64,000 bases of DNA from Octopus bimaculoides (taxonomy: Eukaryota). The stretch lies in the NCBI RefSeq assembly GCF_001194135.2, contig NC_068981.1:78314279-78378278 (forward strand), read 5' to 3'. The notes under the pieces are model-generated. The model worked only from the letters and a program-made list of their open reading frames with translations, was not told the origin of the DNA and did not search any database. Both the position numbers and the translations under genes were made by a program. Shown in pieces: positions 49,652 through 62,900 of this stretch (position 1 is the first letter of the stretch; every line of letters begins with the position of its first letter).

Positions 49652-52600
49652 GTATTCTTTTACATGACTATTTTTGTTTTTTTAATGGGGGAAAGCCATT
49701 TTTTATGCATGTCATAGTCATAAACATGTTCTATGTTTTTTTTTTCTTTTGCTTATTATTTTTGCTTTGTTTATCTGGTTATAATTTTTATAAACTCGAT
49801 AATTTTTGCATTATTAGAGCTACTTATAATTCATAATTTAACTGGATACCAAACCCCATTGTTCAGAAAGATGTTTTTTATTCAATTATTCTATTATTCA
49901 AAAAGATGCTTTTTTAAATTTAAATACTAGCTACCTTAGAGCCAAAATGAATGAATTCATAGATAAAATTGGATAAAATTGTTTAAAACTACTTCAGTCA
50001 AAAATTGTTATATCATTGCTTGTATGTATTCCTGTATGTTACTGAATAAGAAACTTAAGTATATTTTCTTATACCTTCTTGATGAAAATTACTTCTTTTC
50101 TGCTTGAGATGTAGTTATTATTATATAGTATGGGTGTTGGTTTAGCAGAATCATCAGAACCACAAACAGAATGCCTAACAACGTTTGTTCCAGCTTTTTT
50201 GCATTCATAGCCATCGTTGTCATCATTTTAAAGGCTATTTTTCCATGCTTGCATAGATCAGATTGAATTTGTTGAGGCATACTTTCCATGGTTGGATGCC
50301 TTCCTGTTGCCAACCCTGACCTGTTTCTAAGCACAGTAATATTTTCCCAAGGCCAAACATGTTTTTACAGAAGATTGAAAATTGAGGGCATCATGTGTAT
50401 GATGGTGATGCTTGTTTACAATGAAGGGCTTCATATAGTTTCCAACTACCAAATCCAATCACAAGGCTTTCGTCAGCCCAGGTCTAATAGAGAAGACACT
50501 TGCCCAAGGTACCACATTTTGAAGCTAAACCCAAAACCCTGTGGTTAGGATGTGAACTTGAGTTTAGATTGTAGTGAGAACAGCTTTATCTTTCATCCCT
50601 TCAAGGTTGATAAAATAAAGTACCAATCAAGTACTGAGGTTGATATTATCAACTAAACTCCTGCCCTACCAAATTTGATACAGGCATCAGGCCTATATTA
50701 AAAGCAGTTACTTATTATAAGAGTGTAGTGATGTGACAGAAATAGTAACTTTTTTAATCCACTTTTTTGAAAGAGAAAGGACAATGCCCATGACCTCTGT
50801 GAACCTTCCAAAATCCCCAGGGAGACCAGAGTGGTTAGTATTTAGTGTAAACAACAAAAATAAATAAAATTCAATAAAACACAAAGATCAGGTTTAAATG
50901 CTTGCAGCGAAGGGGACCCAGCAGAAGGCTCAGAAGGTATAAGTGGTAGTGTAAAACTGGGTATCATATTAGGACTAAATTTGGACAAAATGTTTTGCAG
51001 TATATTGGCTAGGTGCAAACTTGGCTGATTGGTTTAGAAGTTTGGTTCCCAACGACATAGTTTTGAGTTTAGTTACCTTGATACCTAGGATAAATGTCTT
51101 CTACTTTAGCCTCAAACCAACCAAAGCCTTCTGAATAGATCTGATAGACAGAAACTGAAAAAAGCCTGTAGTATATTTGTATATGTGTGTGCATGGATGT
51201 GTGTTTGTCTTGACATCATGTAACAGTTGCAAATAAACATCACCCTCTTACAAAAGGTATCCTCCATTACCAGTCATCCATGAATACATATCTGGTCATG
51301 GGGAAATATTATCTTACCAGGAAACAAATGAGAGTTTGTGACAGGAAAGGCATCCTGCCATAAAAAAATTTCCACAGTGGGTTTTGTCTGACCAATGTGA
51401 GCACGTAAAAATGGACATTAAAACAATGATGAGGAGGAGGGGGGGGTATATTAAGGCCACCATTGGTTTCATTAAAATAGATATTAAGGTATTTTTCTCA
51501 ACATGAAACTAATGGTAACCTTAATACACAAATAAAAAAAATTATCTACCAATGTGGTGTTGAGCACTCACTCTCATTGTCTGACATTTACTTGTGTGTG
51601 TGTGTGTGTATGTATATATATATATATATATATATATCATCATCATCATTATCATTTGATGTCCATCTTCCATGCATTCATGGGTACAACAGTTGACAGG
51701 AGCTGGTCAGGTAGAAAATTGTTGTGGTAGACACCCCCAAGTGAGAAATGGGCTGTTCCACTACTGATAAATAGTGGACAGACACAGCAAGCAGTGCCAG
51801 TCGGTGAGGTACACCATACAGGTCAGTCATGCAGACGATGAAATATGTCTTCATTATGCAGGACATCAATAGTGTCCAGGATTCCTACCCATGCAGTGAA
51901 AAATAAATCCTGTTGAAGAAGGAACTGAACTACACACAATGAAAAATAATATACACACAGTGAAAAATATATAAATTCTATTAAAAAAAAGATTCTGAAG
52001 AAAAAAGATGTCTGATAAAAGTGGAACTCTAACAGAACTGAACTATACACAATGAAAAATAATATAAATCCGTTTGTAGGATTTTTGTGAGGTCGCTATG
52101 TGTTAGTAGCATGACCAGTATTAATGTAGACCGGTACTACCTGCAGCATTCTGATGAGAAAAATAATTCTGTGTGGAAGAAAAGATAATAATAATAATAA
52201 GTCCATATGAAGGATTTAAGTCAGGTCACTATGTGTTAGTAGTGCTACCGGTAAACAATGTAAACTGGTACTACCTGCAGCATTCTGAAGAGAAAAAAAT
52301 AATAATGTAAGCGGAAAAAAATCTCACAAGACAAGGAATTATGAAAGGGGCAAGGGCATTTGTGTCAGGGGATGAAAGTTAGAGAGTGACAGGGAGATAG
52401 AAGCAGGTGTTTTGCCACAACTGAGGGGCATTAGAGGAGGTGATCCAGTATCAAATGATGAAAGGTTAGAGTGTAACAGAGAAATAGAGAGGCAGAAGTA
52501 GGTGTCTTGCTATAGAGGAGGTACATGGTTATCCAGTGAGAGAGAGAGAGAGAGAGGTACAGAAAGAGACCAGAAACAAGTGTGCTGATGTAAAGGTGAT

Positions 52601-52914
52601 ACTTGGTTACCTAGTCAGATGAAAAACAAGAGAAGGAGAGAGAAGAGTGACCAAAGGGAAAGAGAGAGAGTAGGAAATCGCAAAAGTGTAAGGGAGAGCA
52701 GAAGATAGGTGGTGTAGTGCTAGGTTATACTCACAAGTAACAAGAATATAAACATAGAACCTGGTTAGAAAAACAGGGAGTGAGTGTGGGTGGTGAGAGG
52801 GGGAGCAGTGATACAGTGAGCACGGCAGTGAGGGCAAGAAAGGGTGCAATGAGTAAATTGTTGCCATTTTATATTTTTAATTTTGCTCATGTGCATTGTT
52901 TGTTTTTGATTTTG

Positions 52915-53228
52915 TCGACTGCACAGTATAGTAGGGTCAGTTGAGCACTGTCAGTGAGAAAAAGAGCACCATACACATTTCACTCTGCCAGAAATTTGGA
53001 AACAACCTGCTGTACTACTTGGTATGACAGGAGAACCCAGTCATTACTGTCAGACAATTTCTGCAACCACATCATCCCTAACATCTGGTTACCTAACTCC
53101 CCTGACTGCAACTTGCGTAATTTAGATGACAGTTTATTCACGTCTGCCTATATATATAAATATATACATACATATATATATATATATTCATATGCACAAA
53201 CACACACACACATCTTCTGTGCAGTCGA
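52915..53228 (+). mobile_element. Tc1/mariner-superfamily transposase C-terminal fragment between 12-bp inverted repeats
   Basis: RTQSLLSDNFCNHIIPNIWLPNSPDCNL resembles WP(P)NSPD.NP.D; tcgactgcacag (52915-26) and ctgtgcagtcga (53217-28). Confidence 0.7.
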
Positions 53229-54169
53229 TTCAAAAATCAGTACGATCCACTATTATTTTTTGTCTTTCTTCTGTCAGTAAAACTAATCTCCTCTATAAAT
53301 TTAAGAACTCAAAACTATGATCAAAGGTATTGTCCCATTTGTGACCATCCTGTCTTTCCTTTGTATACCTAGGTCTATGCTGTCCATTGTGTCTTTGGTT
53401 TTAAGACAATAGGGGGCTTTTCTTATTACTTTCATTTGCAGTAGCTGATGTAATAACTTCTTGGTAAATGTTGACAAAGCTATAAGTAAATATTGATTTC
53501 CTATAGTAACACAAAACCTCAAATTTGTAAGGAAATGGTATGGATGATTAAATTTATTCTGGTACAAGAACTGATACTTATTTTATCAATCCTGAAGGAA
53601 TGATAAGCAATGTATCTGGTTGCATTGTTTTAAATCAGAAGGTAAATGTAGGTAACCAAATAAATGCCACAAGATTCTATTGTTTCTATCATTCTAAAAC
53701 AGCAGCAAACTGGCAGTGTCATTAAAGCTTTGGATAGAATGTCTTGCAGTATTTGTTCTGACGCTTTGCTCTCTGAATTCAGATCCCACCAAGGTCAACT
53801 TTCCATTCAGAGGTCATTAAAAAAAAAGACGAAGAAACCAGTGGAATGGATTGGCAGAACTGTTAGAGGTTTGGACAAGATGTCTTGCAGCATTTGTTCC
53901 AGTTCTTTATTGCTAACAGTCATGCCTGCAATAACTTTGATACCAATTCACATCAGTCCAAGTTGACGTTCTTTCATTTGGACAACATGAGTGGCATAGA
54001 AAAAAGAAACTTACACACTTGGGCAACTGCCTGATTTCCTAAAAAATCTTATTCAGGCCTGTATATACATGTCTAGAGGAATGGTAAATCCTGACTGACA
54101 TAGTTCCCTACCACAACCACCACTACACTAATTTATACTTTAATATTTAATACTACTAATGGACATGTC

Positions 54170-54390
54170 ATTAGAATGTCACAAGAAAGAATCACAAGAT
54201 GGACTCTTCAAGCCAAACCAACTATCAGGAGACCTAGGGGTAGACCAAGAACAAGATGGTTGGATAAGATCCATAGTCTCAGTTGGTCGTGCTTTGGAAT
54301 CCAGCTGGAAAATCTAATGACATTTGCTGCAGATATGACGCTTTGGAGGAAGTGCCTGAGGACTCTACTCCGATGACTCTCCCAGAAATA
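54170..54390 (+). mobile_element. RTE-like LINE 3'-end fragment
   Basis: RWTLQAKPTIRRPRGRPRTRWLDKI, the RGRP..RW.D motif of RTE ORF ends. Confidence 0.7.
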
Positions 54391-56099
54391 GTGGGCAGAA
54401 AGGATGGATAGATGGATGGACTATTACTAATCACTTTAGTAAAAGCAATGTCATTTAAAGTATTCCTCATAGGGATGGGCCTTTTGGGGTTGGGAAAGCT
54501 GTGTGGATGGAAAAGGAATATGGTGGACAAATTGCTATGTTTAATAAAATTAAGATGATCTCCAACTTTTAATTTTGTCAAACACATTGGTGAATAAAGA
54601 AGAAATATATGGAGATAAAATTTATTTTGTCTTCTCATTAATAAATAAATACAGAGAGAGGATGCATCAAGAGACCGCTCTAATATTGGGGTGGGCTGGT
54701 ATTTGTCGCTTTGAGAACTACAAGTTTAATAAATTACCAATCTAAGGGTTATAAGTTCTTTGTTTAGAGATTTTCTTCTGCCTTCTCATTGTTTACCTAG
54801 CTTCAGAAATGGTATTTAGACTTTCTGGCAGAATTACTTGCAGTACACTAATTTCCTGTTAGAATCTCCTGTGGTTAGTGGAAAAAGATCAACTAACTTG
54901 TGGTTTTAGTATTTAGCAATTAGATAGAAGCATCAAAGTATGAAATATCTACTCTGACAATCTGTAGCATAATGTACATGTTTAAAATCCTCAGTGGAAA
55001 AATGGATGCAAAATCCCTTTTTATAAATATAATAAATATATCAGAAACAGAAAAAGAGAGAAAGTATTCCTATTCATATTTCCAGTCTTTCATGAGCTTT
55101 CTTTATATTTCGGTTGATAATTACATTTTAATATCGATAGATAAGCTCCCATGTAATACTGGAGATTTTATTTCTTTCTTTCTTTCTTTCTTTCTTTTTT
55201 TGTTGTATGATAATAGTCAGTCCCTTCATCAATTTCATTTCTTATCACATATTTCATATAAGGGAGCAAGGGCAATAATAAACAGCAAAAACACATCGCA
55301 AGAGCTGATAGGCAAACACATGTGTAAAGAAATGATATGCAATCATATTTTATCTTCTATCTTAGTAAGATTTGTATGAAAAGTGCAAAAGCTCCTAATA
55401 TAAATGTATGCTGACTAGAAGGATATACATACATGTGTGTATATGTATATAGATAGATAGATAGAGAGAGAGAGACACACACACACTGTGAACATACGTG
55501 TGTTTGTAAATATATTCATGGATATTTGTATGTGGGTGTAGGTTCACAAATGTGTTGGCTGAAAAGTCACTGATCAGTTTATTTTTATTATGTGTATATT
55601 TTTGTATTCTCCAAAACTCCATGCAGTAAATAACAAAAGCACAACCTTCACTGACTTTCAGGCCACTCTATACGTACAGGTAGATGTATGAGATAAGATT
55701 GATTGAGAGATTTGGTGAGAAAGAGTGAAAGAGAATATTTTTCCTTCTCATGTAACTAGATATATGGACATTCAAAAGAAATACACTTTTTGAGAATCTC
55801 CTATGACATGTTAAAGCATGCGTGTGTGTACGTATATATGTGGTATTAAAAGTAAACTAATACATCTTTTACTAATTTTTCATCAAGTTTCCTTAGCTTA
55901 TGGATTTTTGTTTTTGCGCTATGTAAACTATACAAAACTTGTCCAAAAGTACTTTTAAAAGTATTCCAACACTCATTCATACTGAAATGAAATTAGATAT
56001 CTAACACAAAATGCCAATGATAATGGATACAAGAATTAAATGCTAGGTACTATTTATGGTGCCTACCAAACAAAAATATATTTCTCTTCCACTAACTCA

Positions 56100-57250
56100 A
56101 GCAAACAACAACAGATATAAATTTAACTATAAAAATCAAAGGAACACACAATTTAAAGTGAATGAAGGAATTTTAAAGGAGATATCTTAAATTCAAGAAA
56201 TATAAACATTGCCTCTATTCCAAGAATAAATAAAATTAATTTATAAAAATCTTAAAGTGAGGCACTTACAGATGCTAACAAATATACTAACAGCTCATAA
56301 ATTCATTAACCATGGATTAGAAGAAAGTAATCTACAATTACACTGAATCTCTCTCTTCCTCATGTGCACACATACACACACAAAGTTATCTTTGTAATCC
56401 ACTTAGTTTAGCTGTACTGGTCAAGTATATGCTTTACTGAAGAGATATAAGAAGACTGAAACATGGAATACCTCCAATCGATATATTCTTCACTCACTTC
56501 ATTCTTTTTATGATTGATTTCAAATTCAGTGTTTATCTCCTCTGTCTATTTTGACCAGAACTGATCATTAGGTTAATTAATTATTCCCCATTATCATGAC
56601 TATAATTTATTGAAAATTTCTTGGTTCACCAAATTGTTAGAATTGAGTATACCAGTCACCAACATTGTAAAATATACGTTAGAGAAACAATAGTAATGAA
56701 TCTGCAAAGGAGTATCATAAGCACACTTTTTAAATATAAAAAAGAAAGATGTCCTTTTTGATATCAACCTGTCTTAAACCACAATTGGTTCTATTATATG
56801 AACACCCCATTTTAAAGTGATCTAAATTGAAAACTTTCATTGAGATTTTATGTTAACTTGTATTCCAAGCACAAAGACCTAATTATTTTACTAAATCCTT
56901 CCTTATTTTCTAAATTAATTAAAACAAAGGCAGAAATGTGGTAACTAAAGGGTTAAACAGACATAAAGATGGAAATTCAATAAAATTATATTCTTTTAGT
57001 AGATAATTCTACAGGCTATCTTTATACAAAGCAAAATGTTTTTTTTAATTTTGTACTTAGTTGGCAATCATAAGGAATATTGCAAAAACAGCTAAAGTTT
57101 TTCAACAGCACCAACTTGGTCCAGAACCTTGGACATTCAGGAAACAATTAATAAATGCCATCAAATATCACCAATACTCAGTATGTGTTGAAAACAAAAC
57201 ATGGTATCTAGGATTTCAAAATGAATTTTTAAAAACTTATGTGAGATAAG
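56100..57250 (+). pseudogene. Decayed ankyrin-repeat-like relic
   Basis: VTNIVKYTLEKQ (56655-90), FDINLS*TTIGSII*TPHF (56757-813), KGRNVV...KDGNS (56926-79), LAIIRNIAKTAK...LINAIKY (57061-57160). Confidence 0.33.
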
Positions 57251-57435
57251 TATAATGCATTACTCAATATTTGGAAAGTGTTTGCAAATATAAGTATATT
57301 AAATAATAAAATCCATTAACTAGTGAAATTGTGAAAAACACTTTAAAATGTTTATTTAAATTCTGATTGTCTCAAGGAGCTTTATTTATTAATATATGTA
57401 AATATATATTTGAATATGTTTGTGGTTATGTGTGG

Positions 57436-57470
57436 ATAGATAGATAGATAGATGGATGGATAGATGGATG

Positions 57471-57544
<74 letters not shown>

Positions 57545-57560
57545 GATAGATAGATAGACA
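57436..57560. repeat. (GATA)n/(GATG)n microsatellite; (TA)n, (CA)n, (CATA)n, (CT)n tracts are abundant elsewhere (e.g. 14280-14400, 15350-15405, 32263-32320, 49237-49318, 63915-64000)
   Basis: Direct reading. Confidence 0.95.
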
Positions 57561-60075
57561 GATGTGTGTGTGTACTCATAAATAAATACACACATATCAT
57601 TACTATTATTTTATTATTTTCATGTCCATTTTCTTCTATGCTAGCATGGCTAGGATTAGAGTTAATGAGGCAGTTTTTCTACAGTTGGATGCTTTTCCTG
57701 TTGCTAACACATAACTGTGTTTCAAGTAAGGCATTTTTTATTCCACTAGCCTGTAACACTAGCTGAAACTGTTGAATGATTAGACATTTTATTTTCAAAA
57801 GACATAAACGTTGTCACTATTTTTGCTCATATAATGACAGTGTGAAGACAGTTAAATATTATATATACACACATACACGTGTGTGTGTGTGTGTGTATGC
57901 TTGCATACATACACAGCACACATGTACATTGCATACATACCAATATTCCATACAGTTTCTATCTACTAAATTCCACAAAATAGGATGGGCCCTGAAAACA
58001 TGTGGTTTGAAGTGAAATTTTGAACAAGACAGCCATTCTTTGGCTTATAGTCATCTTTACCCCTATAGTCATACTTGAACCTATTACACACACACACACA
58101 TACACACACACACACACACATTTATATCATCCTCATTTTAACTTCCACTCCTCTGTGTTTGCATTTGTTTCATTGAGGCAAATCTATGGTCAGGTGTCAG
58201 ATGTTCTTTCTGTTGCCAATCCTTTCTTGTTTCCTAGCAAAGTAATATTTACTCTTGACCTGACATATTTTTTGCAGAATATTGAAAATGTACATTCATG
58301 TACAATTATCATAACTATCATGTAGTATTAATAGAAGGAAATACAAACACACACTCACACACATGTGCAATGGGCTTCTTTTGGTCCTTAGCTACCAAAT
58401 TCACTTACAAGGTTTTGGTTGGCCTGAGGCTAGAAGGCACTTACTTTATGTGCCACACAATGTAGATGAACTCAAATTTATGCGAGTGGGAAACAAAACT
58501 TCTGAGTCAAGTGTTATTATTTATATATACACTCACACAATAAGGAATTTAAGAAACAATTTATAATAATATAAATAATTGAAAAACCCTTTCAGCAATA
58601 CAGATGAGAAGTTAGACAAGATATATAAGAGGATGTCAATAATTGAACACAAATAGAAAAGCTATTGTATTATTTTACATAGGTTGCTTGATGATTTCAT
58701 GATATTTCAGGAAAGATTCTTCTTTCCTAATAGAAGAGAGAAAATAGTCAAAGCGTTCAAAGAAATATGTTGTTGCATTGAAATGGCCTACCTGTAACAA
58801 CATATTTCCCTCATCACTTTGATTATTTTCTTTCTTGTATTTGAAAAGAAGAATCTTTCCCGAAATATTATAAGATCATTACAATTTATGTAGTGTAATT
58901 CAATATCGTTTCTCTTTGTTTTCATTTCTTAATGTTTTCTTTACATGTTTTGCATAATTTCTAACCTGTACAACTCAAAGGATTTTTTTTTTCCTTTTTA
59001 ATTTGACATTTATATAATTTGCACATAGGTGCATATGTGACTGTGTGGTCAAGAAGTTTGTTTACCAGCCATATGGCTTTGGATTCAGTCCTGCTGCATA
59101 ACACCTTGGGCAATTGCTTTCACTATAGCCCCAGGCCAACCAAAGCGATGGTGACGACGACGATGACAATGATGATGATAATTTCAAGGCTTCAAAGTTG
59201 CCTGGTAACTGGGCTTGCAATTCTTGACTCTTTGCTAAAAGTTGATTGGGAAACTGTTCTGGTGCATTTTCCATTTCTTTGAATGGAAGCATATAAACAA
59301 TAGACATGATTTGGTATTTAGAGGTATAATCAATCTTCTCTTTCACATCCACCCAGCTAGATTGGAAAGACAATGAATTGTAGAGAACGAGAGGAATATA
59401 ACAAGTAATGCTTGTTTGGAAGAGAAATGAGATTAAAGGGCACAGAATCATGTATCGTAACTACTGTGTCAAGTCTTAAGACTCATAGGGCCTGTTACCC
59501 AGTTTCAACATTGTATAAGTGACTGTGATCACAACATACTCAGTCAGTTGCAGAGTTTCTCATTTAAAGCTGAGTGAACTGGAGCAACATAAAATGGTCG
59601 CTTTTGCTCAAGCACACATTACCTGGTCTGGGGATCGAAGCCACAATCTTGTGATCATGAGTGCAACACCCTAACTACTGGGCCATGCATCTTCATGTGC
59701 AGTGGAAATATGTGTCGTGATGAGAGGAATAATGGAAATGAATGTGGAAAGAAAAAGAAAAAGGAAAAGAGTGAGAAAGCTGTGGTTAAAAATGAGAAGG
59801 AGGAAACGTGAACAAGAGGTCAATGGGGGAGTACGTAGAGAATAGGGCAACATAGAGAAGAATATCATGGGCTAACCCGTATTTTAGCAGAGAAAATTGA
59901 TTCAAGACACTTGTTATATGTTATATTAGAATGCATAAATTTGGTACAAAATGCAGAATTATGCAAATGCTATTGAAAGTGCAGCTTAATATAACTTCTA
60001 ATCATGATAACATTTGTTTGATATCACTAATTGCATCTGATCCAGTTACATTTGTTGAAGAATGAATTAAATCAT

Positions 60076-60456
60076 TTTGTTCTTGGCACTCCGTTGCATA
60101 CGACGTCGAGAGTTCCAGTTGATCTGATCAACAGAACAGCCTGCTCGTGAAATTAACATGCAAGTGGCTGAGCACTTCACAGACACATGTACCTTTAGCG
60201 TAGTTCTCGGGGATATTCAGCGTGACACAGTGTGACAAGGCTGACCCTTTGAATTACAGGCACAACAGAAACAGGAAGTAAGAGAAAGTTGTGGTGAAAG
60301 AGTACAGCAGGGTTCGCCACCATCCCCTGCCGGAGCCTCGCGAAGCTTTAGGTGTTTTCGCTCAATAAACACTCACAACGCCCGCTCTGGGAATCGAAAC
60401 CGCGATCCTACGACCGCGAGTCCGCTGCCCTAACCACTGGGCCATTGCGCCTCCAC
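60076..60456 (-). mobile_element. Full-length young tRNA-derived SINE with 12-bp TSD
   Basis: Minus strand starts GTGGAGGCGCAATGGCCCAGTGGTTAGGG (box A), GGTTTCGATTCCC (box B); identical gaattaaatcat at 60064-75 and 60457-68; many intact CpGs. Confidence 0.95.
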
Positions 60457-61419
60457 GAATTAAATCATAACGACTTAATATTTCAGCAACCACTACTTTT
60501 CCACCTGTATTTGTCTTCATAACCTTCATACTTATTTAGACTACAGGCTCTATTGCATACAGTGTGTGTATATGCATTTTAATCAACTCATGTTTGAAAA
60601 ACCATTCCAAAATTTCCAAGGCACCAGGACCATCTATTTTCTTAGTCAAAGTGTTCAAAGTCCAATCTTCATCGTGGAGGATCTGTGAATTTGTCAAAAC
60701 TTGGTCAACAAAAAATATTGACCAAGTTTTCACTGAAATGAAAAATGAACTTTGAACACATTGATGTCAACAACTAGTAATTCAGATTGTTTGGAAACTT
60801 TGAAATAGTTTGGCCAAATGATAGTTATATATATATATATNNNNNNNNNNNNNNNNNNNNNNNNNNNNNNNNNNNNNNNNNNNNNNNNNNNNNNNNNNNN
60901 NNNNNNNNNNNNNNNNNNNNNNNNNNNNNNNNNNNNNNNNNNNNNNNNNNNNNNNNNNNNNNNNNNNNNNNNNNNNNNNNNNNNNNNNNNNNNNNNNNNN
61001 NNNNNNNNNNNNNNNNNNNNNNNNNNNNNNNNNNNNNNNNNNNNNNNNNNNNNNNNNNNNNNNNNNNNNNNNNNNNNNNNNNNNNNNNNNNNNNNNNNNN
61101 NNNNNNNNNNNNNNNNNNNNNNNNNNNNNNNNNNNNNNNNNNNNNNNNNNNNNNNNNNNNNNNNNNNNNNNNNNNNNNNNNNNNNNNNNNNNNNNNNNNN
61201 NNNNNNNNNNNNNNNNNNNNNNNNNNNNNNNNNNNNNNNNNNNNNNNNNNNNNNNNNNNNNNNNNNNNNNNNNNNNNNNNNNNNNNNNNNNNNNNNNNNN
61301 NNNNNNNNNNNNNNNNNNNNNNNNNNNNNNNNNNNNNNNNNNNNNNNNNNNNNNNNNNNNNNNNNNNNNNNNNNNNNNNNNNNNNNNNNNNNNNNNNNNN
61401 NNNNATATATACATACACA

Positions 61420-61800
61420 TATCATCATCTAACATCTGTTGTCCATGCTGGCATGGGTTGGACGGTTTGACTGGGCTGGCACACTGGAAAGCTGCACCAG
61501 GATCCAGTCTAATTTGGCATCGTTTTCTACAGCTGGATGCCCTTCCTAACACCAACCACTCTGAGAGTGTAATGGGTGCTTTTATGTACCACCGGCGTCA
61601 TTTGTGTGACACTGGTATCTGCCATGACTGAGATTTTGCTCAGCTTGATGGGTCTTCTTCTCAAGCACAACATAATGGCAACAGTCTTGGCCATTGCCTC
61701 CATGAGGCCCAATGCTCAAAAGGAACTCAGCCACCTCGCTTCTATGAGGCCCAACTCTCAAAAGGAACTCAGCCACTTTGCCTCCGTCAGGCTCAATGTT
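61420..61800 (+). mobile_element. Third interspersed repeat family (others ~8830-9030, 18030-18280, 25140-25330, 50220-50330 +; 19150-19260, 40140-40270 -)
   Basis: Shared catgctggcatgggttggacggtttgac...tttctacagctggatgcccttcctaacaccaaccact core after (CAT)n. Confidence 0.75.
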
Positions 61801-62299
61801 CAAAGGTTGATTTTTTTTCCTTTACATGTCACCAGCACAGGTACACTTGTCTTGATAGGTTCTCTTAAGTAGAGCACATCGCTATATTTATATATATATT
61901 ATGTATGCCTGTATATATAAGGCCTTGTCACATCATATCTTCAGTTCAATGACTAAAAGGAATAAGAGTGTAAAAGCAGTATTCATCATGTGAAACTGAG
62001 AAATGAGAGAGTTAGTGATGTGAAGTCTTGAGTTTGGGGAATAACCTTTTTTGCCTTCAGCTTTCATTAGCAAACATTTCTTTTGGCAAATTCTACTATA
62101 TCTGCTGCGAATGTTATTTAGTGCAGCTGCTCCTCAGCATTCTAAATATTACCTGTACAATTCCTTAGATCATTACCAAAAAACTTATAGGTTAAATTAG
62201 TGTTTGTTTCTCAAGCAACCACTGGGTTTAGTGACAAAACAAACAGAAGCACAGGTGGACTGTCTCTTTGGAATATTTATTTTCCAAAATGTATCTTGT

Positions 62300-62900
62300 C
62301 AGATAAAATTATTGTACTTTCATATATGAGGTTGAGAGTGTTTAGATCTTTGTGAGCCATTCAAAAAGCAGTAACTAAAGCAGTAGATACTTTTTCCAAA
62401 TGCCATGATTCCATCAACCATGAATAAAGTATAGCGTTAATGTCATTCTGTAAACAAGCCATGCATACAGTTTACAAGGATTTTTCAATTTTTTTTTCTA
62501 TGCCAGACAATACATTTTTGTCAATTGAAAGTATTTTTGGTATTTCCATACACTCTCTCTTTTTTTTGCCACATTACCTTAAGAGAATTTGTGTAAAGCA
62601 TACATGTTATGTGATAAACCTATAATTTCTGTTAAATGGGTGCTTTCATTCTTGGATACAAGATTTCTCTATACTCTACGAGCCAATTCACTATGTCAAG
62701 TTGGCCCACGATAGTTCTTTTAAATGCACACTTTGCATCTTATAACAGTTTCCATTATATAGCTTTCTCGCAGCTTTAGTGAAAGCTTGAGTGTGTATGG
62801 CATGTATTTTACTGTAAATGTTGGTACAATATGCCTTTCTGATTGAATTCACTCGAGATGCATTGTGATTAAGCTTCTTCTTTTCATTCCAGATCATAGA
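62300..62900 (-). pseudogene. Decayed ankyrin-repeat-like relic, antisense to sdk
   Basis: Minus strand AFKRTIVGQLDIVNWLVEYREILYPRMKAPI* (62727-62632), QAFTKAARK, ACLQNDINAILYSWL, ALVTAF*MAHKDL. Confidence 0.35.

Noticed and set aside
60420-60456. tRNA-like sequence with boxes A and B
   Set aside because: It is a SINE head without a closing acceptor stem; same for the other SINE heads. No true tRNA or rRNA seen.
60536-60733. 65-aa minus-strand ORF
   Set aside because: No recognisable domain, start context or splice signals.
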